This document shows, piece by piece, positions 1 through 9,831 of a stretch of 64,000 bases of DNA. Under the pieces are notes generated by a model. It ran no database searches. It was not told where the DNA came from and was given only the letters and a program-made list of their open reading frames with translations. The first letter of the stretch is position 1, and each line of letters begins with the position of its first letter. Origin of the DNA: Anaerolineaceae bacterium (GTDB lineage Bacteria > Chloroflexota > Anaerolineae > Anaerolineales > Anaerolineaceae); the NCBI GenBank assembly GCA_038562515.1, contig JBCFBG010000001.1:17310-81309 (forward strand), read 5' to 3'. A program made the position numbers and the translations under genes.

Positions 1-49
1 CCTGCCAGCAACCTGGTTACCCGGTCTACAGCTGTCGAAGGAGGGATTC

Positions 50-1000
50 ATGCCTGAGCTCGAGTTAATCAAAGCTGAAGCGAAACGCTTGCTTGCCGAA
101 GGAGTTGTCGAGGTAGTGGTTGCTTTTAAACCTGGCGATACCCCACTGCATCCCCAACCTGCGTTTTTCACCAATGTTGATGAGGTCGAAAATCTTGTCC
201 ACAATGGTCTCTGCCAAAACAACCTGGCAACTTTCCTCACACGGCTTCCAAAAACAAAGAAAGTTGGCATGGTCGTACGAGGTTGTGAAAACCGCTCAGT
301 GAACGCATTGATCGTTGAGAAGCAGAAATCGCGGGAAAATTTGTTCTTGATTGGTATCACTTGCGAGGGCATCATCGACTGGCGCAAGATTGTTGAGCAT
401 GTAGGCGAAGCTGTTTTCGCTGTTCATGAAAACGGCCATAAAGTCGAAGTTGAAACTCCCACTGGGCAATTCAGTTTTGAGAAGAACGAATTGTTGCACG
501 AAAGCTGCCTGCGCTGCACGCATCGCAACCCAATGAGTGCAGACATTCTGATCGGTGAAGCACTTCCTGAAGGCAACCCTGCCATTGCTCGCGACGTAGT
601 CGAAGCTTTTGAAGCTCAGACTATCGAGGAAAGGCACACCTGGTTCCAAAAAGAAGCAGAACGCTGCATCCGCTGTTATGCCTGCCGCGAAGCCTGCCCG
701 ATGTGTTATTGCACTGAATGTTTTGTGGACCACATTGAACCTCGTTGGACCGAAAGCGGCGCAACTCCCGCCGGCATGCAAGGCTGGCACATTGTCCGCG
801 CGTTCCATCAAACTGGTCGCTGCACCAGTTGCGGCGCTTGCGAACGAGCCTGCCCAATGGATATCAAGATGACTTATCTCACCGAAAAGCTGAACTTGGA
901 CATGAAAAATAAATACAATTTTGAAGCTGGTTTAGACCTCCAGACCCAACCGCCTTTTGCAGTGGTCACGCTGGATGACAAAAACCGCTTCAAGGTATGA
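50..1000 (+). CDS. Fe-S oxidoreductase subunit, divergent AsrA / sulfhydrogenase-beta-like
   Basis: 316-aa ORF with AAGGAGGG RBS at 38-45. Cys-rich motifs CIRCYACREACPMCYCTECF and CTSCGACERACP. VVRGCENRSVNAL parallels GIRPCDAQAVQLL in the next ORF. Stop overlaps the next ORF (ATGA). Confidence 0.6.
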   Translation: MPELELIKAEAKRLLAEGVVEVVVAFKPGDTPLHPQPAFFTNVDEVENLVHNGLCQNNLATFLTRLPKTKKVGMVVRGCENRSVNALIVEKQKSRENLFLIGITCEGIIDWRKIVEHVGEAVFAVHENGHKVEVETPTGQFSFEKNELLHESCLRCTHRNPMSADILIGEALPEGNPAIARDVVEAFEAQTIEERHTWFQKEAERCIRCYACREACPMCYCTECFVDHIEPRWTESGATPAGMQGWHIVRAFHQTGRCTSCGACERACPMDIKMTYLTEKLNLDMKNKYNFEAGLDLQTQPPFAVVTLDDKNRFKV

Positions 1001-1014
1001 GGAGAGAGACAGAA

Positions 1015-2037
1015 ATGAACCTTATCCTCGAAAAACAAGCCCTGAATGGTTTACTGCAATCCTGGCGGACACAATACGATGTTTTTCTCCCGCAAAAAAT
1101 GGAGCGTTTCTCGCATTTTATACCCCTCAAGGAAGACAGTGTGCTGGTAACAGATGAACCGCATAACACGCGCATCCCTCCCAAGGCACTCTTTCTGCCC
1201 ATGACAGAAACTTTGGTGAAATTCACTCGTTTTGGTGGCTATGCGGATGCCCAACAAAACGTCCAACCCCGCATCGTCTTCGGCATTCGCCCCTGCGATG
1301 CTCAGGCTGTGCAGCTGCTGGACACCTCCTTCATTCAGGAAGGTTACACAGATCCGCTCTGGTTGGAAAAACGGGAAAAGACAATTACCATCGGGCTGGG
1401 TTGTCATCAGCCTTGCAATAATGGTTTTTGCACGACCGTTGGTTATGGTCCATTCAACAAATCTGACCTGGATGCTATGTTGACTGATTTAGGAGACACT
1501 TACCTCATCGAGACGCTCTCAGAAGCCGGTGAATCTTGTTTCCTCGGTCTGCCTTCTGCTTCTGATGAAACCTACGAACAGGCTCTGAATATACAACACG
1601 CAGCGCATGATCAAATGCCGGTCGCCTTTGAAACTGAGAATCTGAGGGAAAAGCTGGAGCAGAATTTCGACAGCAACTATTGGGAAACAGTGTCGCAAAG
1701 TTGCCTTGGCTGCGGTGTCTGCACCTTCCTCTGCCCCACCTGCTTCTGTTTTGACATTGTGGATGAAACCCAACGCAGAGAACGCGTCCGAAATTGGGAT
1801 ACCTGCATGTTCCGAACCTATTCCCTGGAAGCTTCCGGGCACAACCCGCGCCCATCCCGGGTGGAACGCACCCGCCAACGTCTGAGCCACAAATTCGTCT
1901 ACTGGCTGGACCAGGTCAATCAAATCGGTTGTACCGGCTGTGGTCGTTGCGTGCGCTATTGCCCTGTGGGACTGGACATCCGTGCCATGCTCCGCCAGGC
2001 ACAAAACCTTCCTTTTGAGGTGAGCCATGCAAACTGA
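1015..2037 (+). CDS. 4Fe-4S subunit, AsrA / sulfhydrogenase beta (HydB)-like
   Basis: ORF track gives 997..2037; ATG 1015 is preferred because AGGAGAG lies upstream. Motifs GIRPCDAQAVQLLD, CLGCGVCTFLCPTCFCFD, CTGCGRCVRYCP. Confidence 0.7.
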   Translation: MNLILEKQALNGLLQSWRTQYDVFLPQKMERFSHFIPLKEDSVLVTDEPHNTRIPPKALFLPMTETLVKFTRFGGYADAQQNVQPRIVFGIRPCDAQAVQLLDTSFIQEGYTDPLWLEKREKTITIGLGCHQPCNNGFCTTVGYGPFNKSDLDAMLTDLGDTYLIETLSEAGESCFLGLPSASDETYEQALNIQHAAHDQMPVAFETENLREKLEQNFDSNYWETVSQSCLGCGVCTFLCPTCFCFDIVDETQRRERVRNWDTCMFRTYSLEASGHNPRPSRVERTRQRLSHKFVYWLDQVNQIGCTGCGRCVRYCPVGLDIRAMLRQAQNLPFEVSHAN

Positions 2038-2884
2038 GGCACGCAGCCCCTACACGCCCATTCCCATGCACGTTTTGCATGCTTATTATGAATCAACCGA
2101 TCGATCCCTCAAGACGCTTGAGTTAAGTTTTGACAATGCGGAAGACAGCCGGGCTTTCTTCGAGGCTTTTAACCCTGGTCAGTTCTGCCTGCTTTCAGTA
2201 GCAGGTAAAGGCGAATCTGCTTTGGGTGTTGCCAGCGCTGCCTGGGAGGGCGATTTTGTGCGCTTCACCGCCCAGAAAATGGGTAGCGTCACTACCGCTT
2301 TGCATAATTTGAAAGCAGGCGATGCCCTTGGTATGCGCGGACCTTTAGGAAATGGTTTTCCGTTGGAAGATTGGAAAGGCAAAAACCTGGTCATCATCGG
2401 TGGCGGTTGCGCTTTTTCGACCCTCTATGCCCTGACCAAACACGTTCATCACCAAGATCACCGCGATGATTTCGGTAAACTTACCCTGGTTTATGGCACA
2501 CGCACTTCTGGTTTGTGTATGTACAAGCACGATATTGCCGCCTGGCATGAAAACGAAGATATGGAAATCCACCAGGCGATCGATGTGCCTGAGGATAACT
2601 GGCTTCACCATGTTGGTTATGTACCCGATGTCGTACGACAGGTAGCCCCCTCTCCCGATAATGCCGTTGCCGTGGTTTGCGGACCACCCATCATGACCAA
2701 GTTTACCCTGCCTGCCCTAGTCGAGATTGGCTTTGCGCCGGAGAATATTTTTACCTCGTTGGAAAAGCGAATGAAATGCGGCATTGGCAAGTGCGGACGC
2801 TGCAATCTTGGACCCAAATATATTTGTAAACACGGACCGGTCTTTTCGTTGGCTGAACTCAACGCACTTCCGGCTGATCTTTAG
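2027..2884 (+). CDS. FAD/NAD(P)-binding 2Fe-2S subunit, AsrB / sulfhydrogenase gamma (HydG) / PyrK-like
   Basis: 285 aa with GPLGNGF and VIIGGGCAF nucleotide-binding stretches. C-terminal CGIGKCGRCN...C 2Fe-2S motif. Start overlaps the previous stop. Confidence 0.75.
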   Translation: MQTEARSPYTPIPMHVLHAYYESTDRSLKTLELSFDNAEDSRAFFEAFNPGQFCLLSVAGKGESALGVASAAWEGDFVRFTAQKMGSVTTALHNLKAGDALGMRGPLGNGFPLEDWKGKNLVIIGGGCAFSTLYALTKHVHHQDHRDDFGKLTLVYGTRTSGLCMYKHDIAAWHENEDMEIHQAIDVPEDNWLHHVGYVPDVVRQVAPSPDNAVAVVCGPPIMTKFTLPALVEIGFAPENIFTSLEKRMKCGIGKCGRCNLGPKYICKHGPVFSLAELNALPADL

Positions 2885-2893
2885 GAGCAATTT

Positions 2894-3877
2894 ATGAGTC
2901 GCGGAACGCCAAAAAAGACCCGAACAGAACACTTAATGACCATCAACCGGGATATGCTAACCCGAAATTATTGGATGAAATGGGATCTGGATAAGTGTGT
3001 CGGCTGCCAGATTGGACCAGCCGTCTGTCCAAAAGAAGCCCTGAGCCATGTGCCAGCAATCCTAGAAAATGGACATATCTCCCAAAAAGCCTCCGTTGAT
3101 GTTGATGAAAAGAAGTGCGTGAATTGTGGCATCTGTGTGGAAGCTTGCCCCACACACGCCATAGAACTAACTGTTAATGGTAAGCCGGAAAACCCGGCGA
3201 TTGCCTATGGTGCCTTTCCTGAATATGATGCCAAAACAATTTTTCGAAAAGAGAAATTCGATTTTTCATTGAAAGATTTCATCATAGAGAACTGCCCTAC
3301 AAATGTGATCAGCTATGACGAAAAACGCGACACCATGCGGGTCGATTTTGAGAACTGCATCCATTGCCGCCAATGCGAAGTTGCCAGCAAAGGCGCCTTT
3401 GAGGTACGTCAACCCTGGGTTGGCTCAGTCTCTCTTTACAGGGAGCGATGCGTGCCTGGGTGTTTTGCCTGCGCAGATATTTGCCCAACCCGCGCACTTC
3501 ACATTAACGATGTCGGGGAGTTGGTTTTAGCAGATTATTATTGTATAAAATGCGGTGCCTGTATGCAGGTTTGCCCGGTCAAACCAGAGTATGAAGAAGA
3601 AGCCTTTACATTTGAGTCTCATGGAATGACGCATTCCCGTTCAAGGCAAAAACTTGTCAATGAGAATAGTTTGCCGATTGTAGTGGAACGCTGGAGGATC
3701 AACCACAGCAATGTTTCCAGCGCAGCTTGGATCGAAGCACTCCGTAAGCTCTCAGACGACAAGGCAAAATCAGTCGAAATCGATCGAAAACGTGCCTTAA
3801 GGCGAGCTGATCTGATTGAAGCACTCAAAGGCAATACGTTGGCAAAAGCCCGGTTAAAAGCGGAAATCGAGAAGTAG
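2894..3877 (+). CDS. polyferredoxin (multiple 4Fe-4S motifs)
   Basis: 327 aa with AGGAG RBS. Repeated CxxCxxCxxxCP-type motifs: CVGCQIGPAVCP, CVNCGICVEACP, CIHCRQCE, CFACADICP, CIKCGACMQVCP. Confidence 0.75.
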   Translation: MSRGTPKKTRTEHLMTINRDMLTRNYWMKWDLDKCVGCQIGPAVCPKEALSHVPAILENGHISQKASVDVDEKKCVNCGICVEACPTHAIELTVNGKPENPAIAYGAFPEYDAKTIFRKEKFDFSLKDFIIENCPTNVISYDEKRDTMRVDFENCIHCRQCEVASKGAFEVRQPWVGSVSLYRERCVPGCFACADICPTRALHINDVGELVLADYYCIKCGACMQVCPVKPEYEEEAFTFESHGMTHSRSRQKLVNENSLPIVVERWRINHSNVSSAAWIEALRKLSDDKAKSVEIDRKRALRRADLIEALKGNTLAKARLKAEIEK

Positions 3878-3909
3878 GTTCTGTTTCGTCTTCAGAAAGG
3901 ATATAGTAG

Positions 3910-4188
3910 ATGAGTTCATCCATTTTTATGTTTATCCCTCTCCTGAAACAGTTACTTACTGACTTCGATCCGGGCGAAATAAAACGGGTTGAAGAAATTC
4001 TGAAAGCAAATCAGATTCCTTATCGGATCAAGTCGTATTCGCCAAGAGGTCCTTTTGGCAGGCATTATGATTCAAAAACCTACGAGACCATCGTTATGCC
4101 CCTCTACAAAAACGCCCAACGCCCTAGCATTTCTTATGTAATTTACGTAAAGAAAAGTGATTTCGAACGGGCAATCAGCTTGATATAG
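3910..4188 (+). CDS. small hypothetical protein
   Basis: 92-aa ORF with an AAAGGA RBS-like sequence upstream. No recognisable catalytic motif; a DUF2007-like fold is only a guess. Confidence 0.35.
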   Translation: MSSSIFMFIPLLKQLLTDFDPGEIKRVEEILKANQIPYRIKSYSPRGPFGRHYDSKTYETIVMPLYKNAQRPSISYVIYVKKSDFERAISLI

Positions 4189-4265
4189 TGATTTCCTGAT
4201 AATCCGAGCGGAGCGTCACCTCAGGAGCGACTACTTCCCGATTTTCTATCGTAATGACGGACTGC

Positions 4266-5624
4266 TTATTCCACGTTAGAGCCGAAACCAAATCGAGCAT
4301 TGAAGTCGAAAGACCAGCCCGTCTGGCGGTTGTACTCCGGGTTTTGCTCATTCGGATTGAAAATCATCACGCGCGCTTTCGAACGGAGCCTTCCAAATTT
4401 ACCCATACTGGGGGTTGTGGTAATGACATTGCGAAACGTTCCGCTGTTAATGTGATATTTTTCAACACCGTTTTCAACTTTGACTAAATCCACTCTTGCA
4501 TTGTGTGTATGCCCGCTGACCACGCACATAATTGGCGAATTGTCTTTTTTGATACACTCCTCACGCATGATCACATCAAGGTTGTTGCTTATTTTCGAAG
4601 TCTTAAAAACTGGATTGAGTAAGGTTTTCATCACCCAAAAGGGCAGACCATGCCTCCACATTCGGGTTCGCAAAACCGATCGCAAGGTGGCAGCAGACGC
4701 ACCGCTAAGTTTCCCAAAATTGATCAGACTGGTACCAATATCCGGACTGACCGCCAGGTCATCGAGCAACTTGAGCATCACAGGTTCAATTAAACGCCAA
4801 ACATCTCTCTTGCTCAAACCGGGTGTGGTAAACAGGAAATTCACAAGAGCATTGGAAGGTCGAACATTGTCGAAATCGATCAAACGTTTATAAAGTGTCA
4901 GCAGATCATCCATCCTGAGAATGGATTCATCGCCGTAATATTCTCTAAAAAGAAGCGGGAGTTTGGATGCAATCTCGACGGTGACAATATCTCCCAAAAC
5001 GGGCTTATCGTAGTAGGGCTTGTCAATGTAAAGCGGTATCTCAGGCCAGGTACGTAAATCGACACTAAAATTGGAGTGATCGTATTCATGCCCATGTCGG
5101 ACGAGGACTAAAGGATTTCCATCGCTGTAATAAAGATACTGGTTCTCAAAAAATGATCCGGTTGTTTCCAAACCCAGAATGGATTGGACCCTATTTCGCA
5201 CAGCTTGACTTGAATTTGCTAAACGATCATGGTTACCTGGCACAAAATGTATGTTGACTGGTTTTTGGTAAAAGTCGCTCAATCTTCGAAAAATGCCTAA
5301 TGTGGCATCAACGCGCTCGTCCTCGGTGATCGCATCCATCACCCGCAGAACCATCGCTTCTGCCTGACTGCCTTCGACAATTTCGTCATTATGCAAATAA
5401 GGCCGTAACTGTCCATCATGCCACAAGGCGGAACGGGTAATTTCAAAGATATCACCGGCCAAAACAAGATCGATCGAATCTACATCACAATCACCGATAA
5501 AATCAGAAATCTCATTAAAGAAGGAGCTATACACTTCAGAAGGCAAATTATGGTTGTACCTTCGCCCATTCAAATTGTACGAACCTGAATCAGCGAAATG
5601 CAAGTCGGACATGACAATTAGCAT
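4266..5624 (-). CDS. metallophosphoesterase (calcineurin-like) with a large internal insertion
   Basis: 452 aa. Motifs SDLHF, GDIFE, GNHD, HGHEYD and a distant C-terminal SGHTH, with about 170 aa inserted between the metal-binding halves. Confidence 0.75.
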   Translation of the reverse strand: MLIVMSDLHFADSGSYNLNGRRYNHNLPSEVYSSFFNEISDFIGDCDVDSIDLVLAGDIFEITRSALWHDGQLRPYLHNDEIVEGSQAEAMVLRVMDAITEDERVDATLGIFRRLSDFYQKPVNIHFVPGNHDRLANSSQAVRNRVQSILGLETTGSFFENQYLYYSDGNPLVLVRHGHEYDHSNFSVDLRTWPEIPLYIDKPYYDKPVLGDIVTVEIASKLPLLFREYYGDESILRMDDLLTLYKRLIDFDNVRPSNALVNFLFTTPGLSKRDVWRLIEPVMLKLLDDLAVSPDIGTSLINFGKLSGASAATLRSVLRTRMWRHGLPFWVMKTLLNPVFKTSKISNNLDVIMREECIKKDNSPIMCVVSGHTHNARVDLVKVENGVEKYHINSGTFRNVITTTPSMGKFGRLRSKARVMIFNPNEQNPEYNRQTGWSFDFNARFGFGSNVE

Positions 5625-5695
5625 AAATTCCTCGAGACCATGCTGTTTTTATATCACAAAAATTGCGATTTTCTGGCAGAATGCATCAAATCCGA

Positions 5696-7783
5696 TCAGC
5701 GTAATGGGAGAATTAGTGCACCTGCTTCTTGTGAGCCGAGTAATAGTCGCTCGTTTTGCTCCCCAAGGAAGCCGATGGCTTGGTAGTGCCAGTCTTCCAA
5801 AACTTGTTCTTGCCAGGTCTCTCCACAATCAGAACTTTGCATTACAAAGCTTTGCCCGGCTGCGGCTATCAGGCATTCTCCAATCGCAGTAATGGACAAA
5901 ATATCTTTGCCTTGCCCACCCATCATTGTCCATTGGTCGTTATTTGGGTCAATCCAATAAATCCCCAAATTTGTTGCTGCCAGCAATCCCTTTTCGGTTC
6001 CCAGCAGTTTGTTTACCTTCACATCCTGGAAAATGGATTGAAGCAAAGTCCATTCCTCGTCCTTGGAGCGATAAACTTCACAGACTTCGGTAGAATCGCA
6101 AGCCACCACGAATAATTCTCTGGTTACATTGTAGTAAGCAGAATCGATAATACTCTTGCCTTCCAAACCTACCTGTTCCCATCTATTGGCTACGCGCATA
6201 AACAACCCGTTGCGGATGGTACCCAGGTACACACTCTCTTCGATACCAAACAAACGGAATGGAAGAACGGTAATCAGATTTGTGGGATCCAAACCCAAAT
6301 TGACTTGAGCCTGCTCTGTATGAACAGTGAGCACCTCACTGGGCAGACCCACTTTTTCACTGAGGATTTCAAGACCTGCCTCGCCCTTCATTCCTTCCAC
6401 CAAAGGCAATTCGATCGTAAGCCAGTCTTCACCTTCCAGAGTATACATTGCCGACTCGGTCAGCACTTGCAGGTTTCCTTGTACAAGTATCAAGTCGAGC
6501 ACGGCTTTGTCAGCTAAATTTTGTGTCAGTTCCACCCAATTCAAACCCGACGGGTCAACCGCATATACCCCTTTACCATAAACGGCTGCATACGTTAATC
6601 CATTCTGGTTATCATTCAACAAGGCAGTAACGGCGTTCAAACGCAAATCGCCCATGATGTTGCTCCAGCCGCTGCTTCCAGCATTAGTACGAAAAACACC
6701 GTTTGACTCGGTTGCCGCAAACCACCTTTTTGGGCTGCCATTCGCTACGACAAAATCATAGAGTCTCTGACCCTCCAACCCACGCGATGTCCAGCTTTGG
6801 GCAAAATCATCAGTTGAATACAGACCGTTTCCATAAGTACAGGCATAGACACGTTTTTGTGTCCCTCCGAATGGATCAGCATATAACCGGAATACGGCCG
6901 CATTGATAGGCAGCCCCACCCTGCTATTCGCCCATGAAGAACCACTGTTCCAAGTTCGGTAAACAGCATCATCATGCCAAACTGCCCCATAAACCAGCCC
7001 AGGATAAGCAGAGTCGAGCGCAAAACTACGCGCGGAAAGATCTGTGACGCCACTGTTGACCGCACTGAAGCTTGCACCTGCATTCGTGCTCTTATAAAAG
7101 CCGTGTTCGTGGGCTGTCAGATAGAGTTCATTTGAGTTCAATGGGTTAACATCAATGTCGTAGAAATAATCAAGTGTCGAAAAGGCATCACCAGTCAATA
7201 GCACATTCCAGGATGCCCCAGCGTTGCTACTCTTGTACACGTAACCTCTTAAGCTGCCGTTGATGCGTGTCGCTGCATAAATCACATTCCCGTTGTTCGG
7301 GTCAATTTCAATATCGTAGATTATGTGGTTTCCCAGCACCCCACCATTGGAGGCCGCCCAACTGCTTCCACCTGTAGAAGATTTGTAGACTCCGCCTGAA
7401 TAAGTTCCGGCGTAGACAATATTCGAGTTGGTTGGATGGATTGCCAGGGATTGAATTTTGATGTTGCCTAAACCAACATTTTGTCGATACCAGGTGTTAC
7501 CCTGATCATAAGTTTTATAGACCCCACTGACGTAACTGCCAGCATATACCGTTTGATTCTGATTCGGGTCCACCGCCAAAGCCGTGAAAGTGCCGCCCAC
7601 CGGACCAACCGGGGTCGGAATACTTGGCGTTGGTGTTGGAAGGTATTGTTTGGCTACAAACGGGAAATACCGTTTAAAAGGTCCCATACCAGAGCCAGAG
7701 GATGATAGGAGCATCATTAAGAAAAAAAGCGAAATGACTAATCCGCCAATCCAAACGGAGAGATTCCTGATTCTGCCCTTCAT
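5696..7783 (-). CDS. membrane-anchored BNR/Asp-box repeat (sortilin/Ycf48-like beta-propeller) protein
   Basis: 695 aa with an N-terminal TM helix and a P/T-rich linker. Repeated Asp-box-like motifs: YDQGNTW, STGGSSW, SNAGASW, WNSGSSW, SDCGETW. Confidence 0.7.
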   Translation of the reverse strand: MKGRIRNLSVWIGGLVISLFFLMMLLSSSGSGMGPFKRYFPFVAKQYLPTPTPSIPTPVGPVGGTFTALAVDPNQNQTVYAGSYVSGVYKTYDQGNTWYRQNVGLGNIKIQSLAIHPTNSNIVYAGTYSGGVYKSSTGGSSWAASNGGVLGNHIIYDIEIDPNNGNVIYAATRINGSLRGYVYKSSNAGASWNVLLTGDAFSTLDYFYDIDVNPLNSNELYLTAHEHGFYKSTNAGASFSAVNSGVTDLSARSFALDSAYPGLVYGAVWHDDAVYRTWNSGSSWANSRVGLPINAAVFRLYADPFGGTQKRVYACTYGNGLYSTDDFAQSWTSRGLEGQRLYDFVVANGSPKRWFAATESNGVFRTNAGSSGWSNIMGDLRLNAVTALLNDNQNGLTYAAVYGKGVYAVDPSGLNWVELTQNLADKAVLDLILVQGNLQVLTESAMYTLEGEDWLTIELPLVEGMKGEAGLEILSEKVGLPSEVLTVHTEQAQVNLGLDPTNLITVLPFRLFGIEESVYLGTIRNGLFMRVANRWEQVGLEGKSIIDSAYYNVTRELFVVACDSTEVCEVYRSKDEEWTLLQSIFQDVKVNKLLGTEKGLLAATNLGIYWIDPNNDQWTMMGGQGKDILSITAIGECLIAAAGQSFVMQSSDCGETWQEQVLEDWHYQAIGFLGEQNERLLLGSQEAGALILPLR

Positions 7784-7853
7784 ATTGCTGCCTGCCCCAA
7801 TTACTTACAACAATCGTGCCAAAGTAGCAGGTGCGGCTTAAACTCAGCCACCT

Positions 7854-8897
7854 TCAGTTGACGATTTCGCGCAAAGCCTCCAGACAATGTTCTATGGCAA
7901 CATCATCGACATCAAGGTGAGTGACTAAACGAATCTCGCCGTCATTGGTATCGTTGATCAGGACACCGCGTGCTCTCATTGTTTCGATCAATTGTCCGTT
8001 TTCCAACCCGAGTTCAGGATCGAGTTTGAAGAAAACCATATTGGTATTGGGCGAACCCTTTGTCAGCTGAAGACCTGGAAGCTTTGCCAAACCTTCAGCC
8101 AGCCTGTTAGCGCGAATATGATCTTCATCGAGTCGTTCGATCATGCTTTCGAGCGCGACAATACCTGCTGCCGCAATAATCCCTGCCTGGCGCATCCCGC
8201 CGCCCAGCATCTTCCTTAACCTACGAGCGTGGTCGATGAATTGCTTGTTTCCACATAAAACCGAACCAATGGGCGCACACAAACCTTTGCTCAGGCAGAA
8301 TGTTACACTGTCAGCCGATTCCAACAAAGATGCTGCCGGAACTTTAAGAGCTACTGCGGCGTTGAATATTCGAGCACCATCAACATGAAAATGCAAGCCA
8401 AGTTCCTTTGCCTTCATCCCAACACTGCGCATGTATTCCCTGCTCAGCGCCTTTCCCCCACAAGCATTCTGCGTATTTTCGACGATGACCATCCGAGAAA
8501 TTGGTTCATGGAAATCTCCAGGATTACGAATCGCCCCTTCGATATCCTCAAGTGCAAGACTGCCATCTTGCTGATTCGGGATCGTATGGATAACCACACC
8601 CCCCAAAGCAGAAACCCCTCCGGCTTCATGCAAAAAGGTATGCCCAGCAATGCCCATGATGACTTCGTCGCCGCGACCACAGACAGCTAAGACAGCAAGC
8701 AGGTTGCCCATCGTGCCGGAACTGACAAACAATCCAGCCTCCTTGCCAAGCATATCCGCTGCTTTCTCTTCCAGGTTTATTACTGTTGGGTCCTCCCCAT
8801 AAACATCATCGCCGACAACTGCGGATGCCATGGCTTCACGCATGGCTGCCGTCGGATGTGTGACCGTATCAGATCGGAAATCATAGTATTTTTTCAT
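7854..8897 (-). CDS. ltaE: low-specificity L-threonine aldolase
   Basis: 347 aa. FRSDTVTHPT and GDDVYGEDPT at the N-terminus; PLP-lysine region FCLSKGLCAP. Confidence 0.85.
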   Translation of the reverse strand: MKKYYDFRSDTVTHPTAAMREAMASAVVGDDVYGEDPTVINLEEKAADMLGKEAGLFVSSGTMGNLLAVLAVCGRGDEVIMGIAGHTFLHEAGGVSALGGVVIHTIPNQQDGSLALEDIEGAIRNPGDFHEPISRMVIVENTQNACGGKALSREYMRSVGMKAKELGLHFHVDGARIFNAAVALKVPAASLLESADSVTFCLSKGLCAPIGSVLCGNKQFIDHARRLRKMLGGGMRQAGIIAAAGIVALESMIERLDEDHIRANRLAEGLAKLPGLQLTKGSPNTNMVFFKLDPELGLENGQLIETMRARGVLINDTNDGEIRLVTHLDVDDVAIEHCLEALREIVN

Positions 8898-8898
8898 A

Positions 8899-9831
8899 TC
8901 AAGCTTTCTCTAAATTGTCTAAAACTGTTTGTAAGTCCAGAGGTAAAGGAGCTGTGAATTCCGTTTCTTCTTCGTTGCCTGGTAACCGAATGGTAAGCCG
9001 GCTGGCATGCAAGAAAAACCGCTTGATTTCCAGGCTGTTTCGACGACGACCGTAAATCTGATCGCCAACAACCGGACAGCCGAGAAACGCCAGGTGTACA
9101 CGAATTTGGTGGGTGCGACCCGTAAGCGGATTGACTTCCAGCAGCGTATGATCGGAATATTCAGCAACTGTATAGAATTCGCTCTCTGCTTTTCTACCCT
9201 GGTCACCATAAGTGACTGACATGCGCTGGCGGTGCTGTTCATCCCTGCCGATCCGGGTTTCTATGCGCCCGGTAGGCGTGGGTGGTTTGCCATCCACAAG
9301 AGCCAGGTAGGTTTTATTTGCTTTCCTGGTCTTGAATTGTTTTACCAGCCAGCTGTAACCGATGCTTGTCTTGGCAATAATCATGACGCCAGAGGTATCC
9401 TTATCCAGGCGATGCACGATTCCTGGGCGGCTGGTCTCACCCACGTTGGCAATTTGTGGCCAACGGTAGAGCAAGGCATTTACGAGCGTGTTTTCAGCAT
9501 TTCCGGCACCTGGATGCACTACCAAACCAGCAGGTTTGTTAATCACAATCACATTTTCGTCCTCGTAAATCACATCGAGGGCAATATTCTGTTCTAAGGG
9601 GTGTTCCTCGTTCACTTCCGTTATCACGGCACTGACTTTATCGCCTGTTTCCAGCTTGAAAGCCGGTTTGGTGATCACTTTTTCATTTACTTTGACTTCA
9701 CCTGCTGAAATCATGCTCTGAATTTTTGCCCGCGAAAGCTGCAAAATTTGTTCAGCCAAATATTTATCCAATCGTTTGGCTGACAACTCAGAGAAAACGA
9801 TTTCACGCAGTTCAGTTTTCATTTGTGCCAT
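8899..9831 (-). CDS. rluD: RluA-family 23S rRNA pseudouridine synthase (RluD-like)
   Basis: S4-like N-terminus (KRLDKYLAEQ) and catalytic HRLDKDTSGV. The ORF extends to 9879 but overlaps lspA; starts at 9831 or 9822 are more plausible. Confidence 0.85.
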   Translation of the reverse strand: MAQMKTELREIVFSELSAKRLDKYLAEQILQLSRAKIQSMISAGEVKVNEKVITKPAFKLETGDKVSAVITEVNEEHPLEQNIALDVIYEDENVIVINKPAGLVVHPGAGNAENTLVNALLYRWPQIANVGETSRPGIVHRLDKDTSGVMIIAKTSIGYSWLVKQFKTRKANKTYLALVDGKPPTPTGRIETRIGRDEQHRQRMSVTYGDQGRKAESEFYTVAEYSDHTLLEVNPLTGRTHQIRVHLAFLGCPVVGDQIYGRRRNSLEIKRFFLHASRLTIRLPGNEEETEFTAPLPLDLQTVLDNLEKA

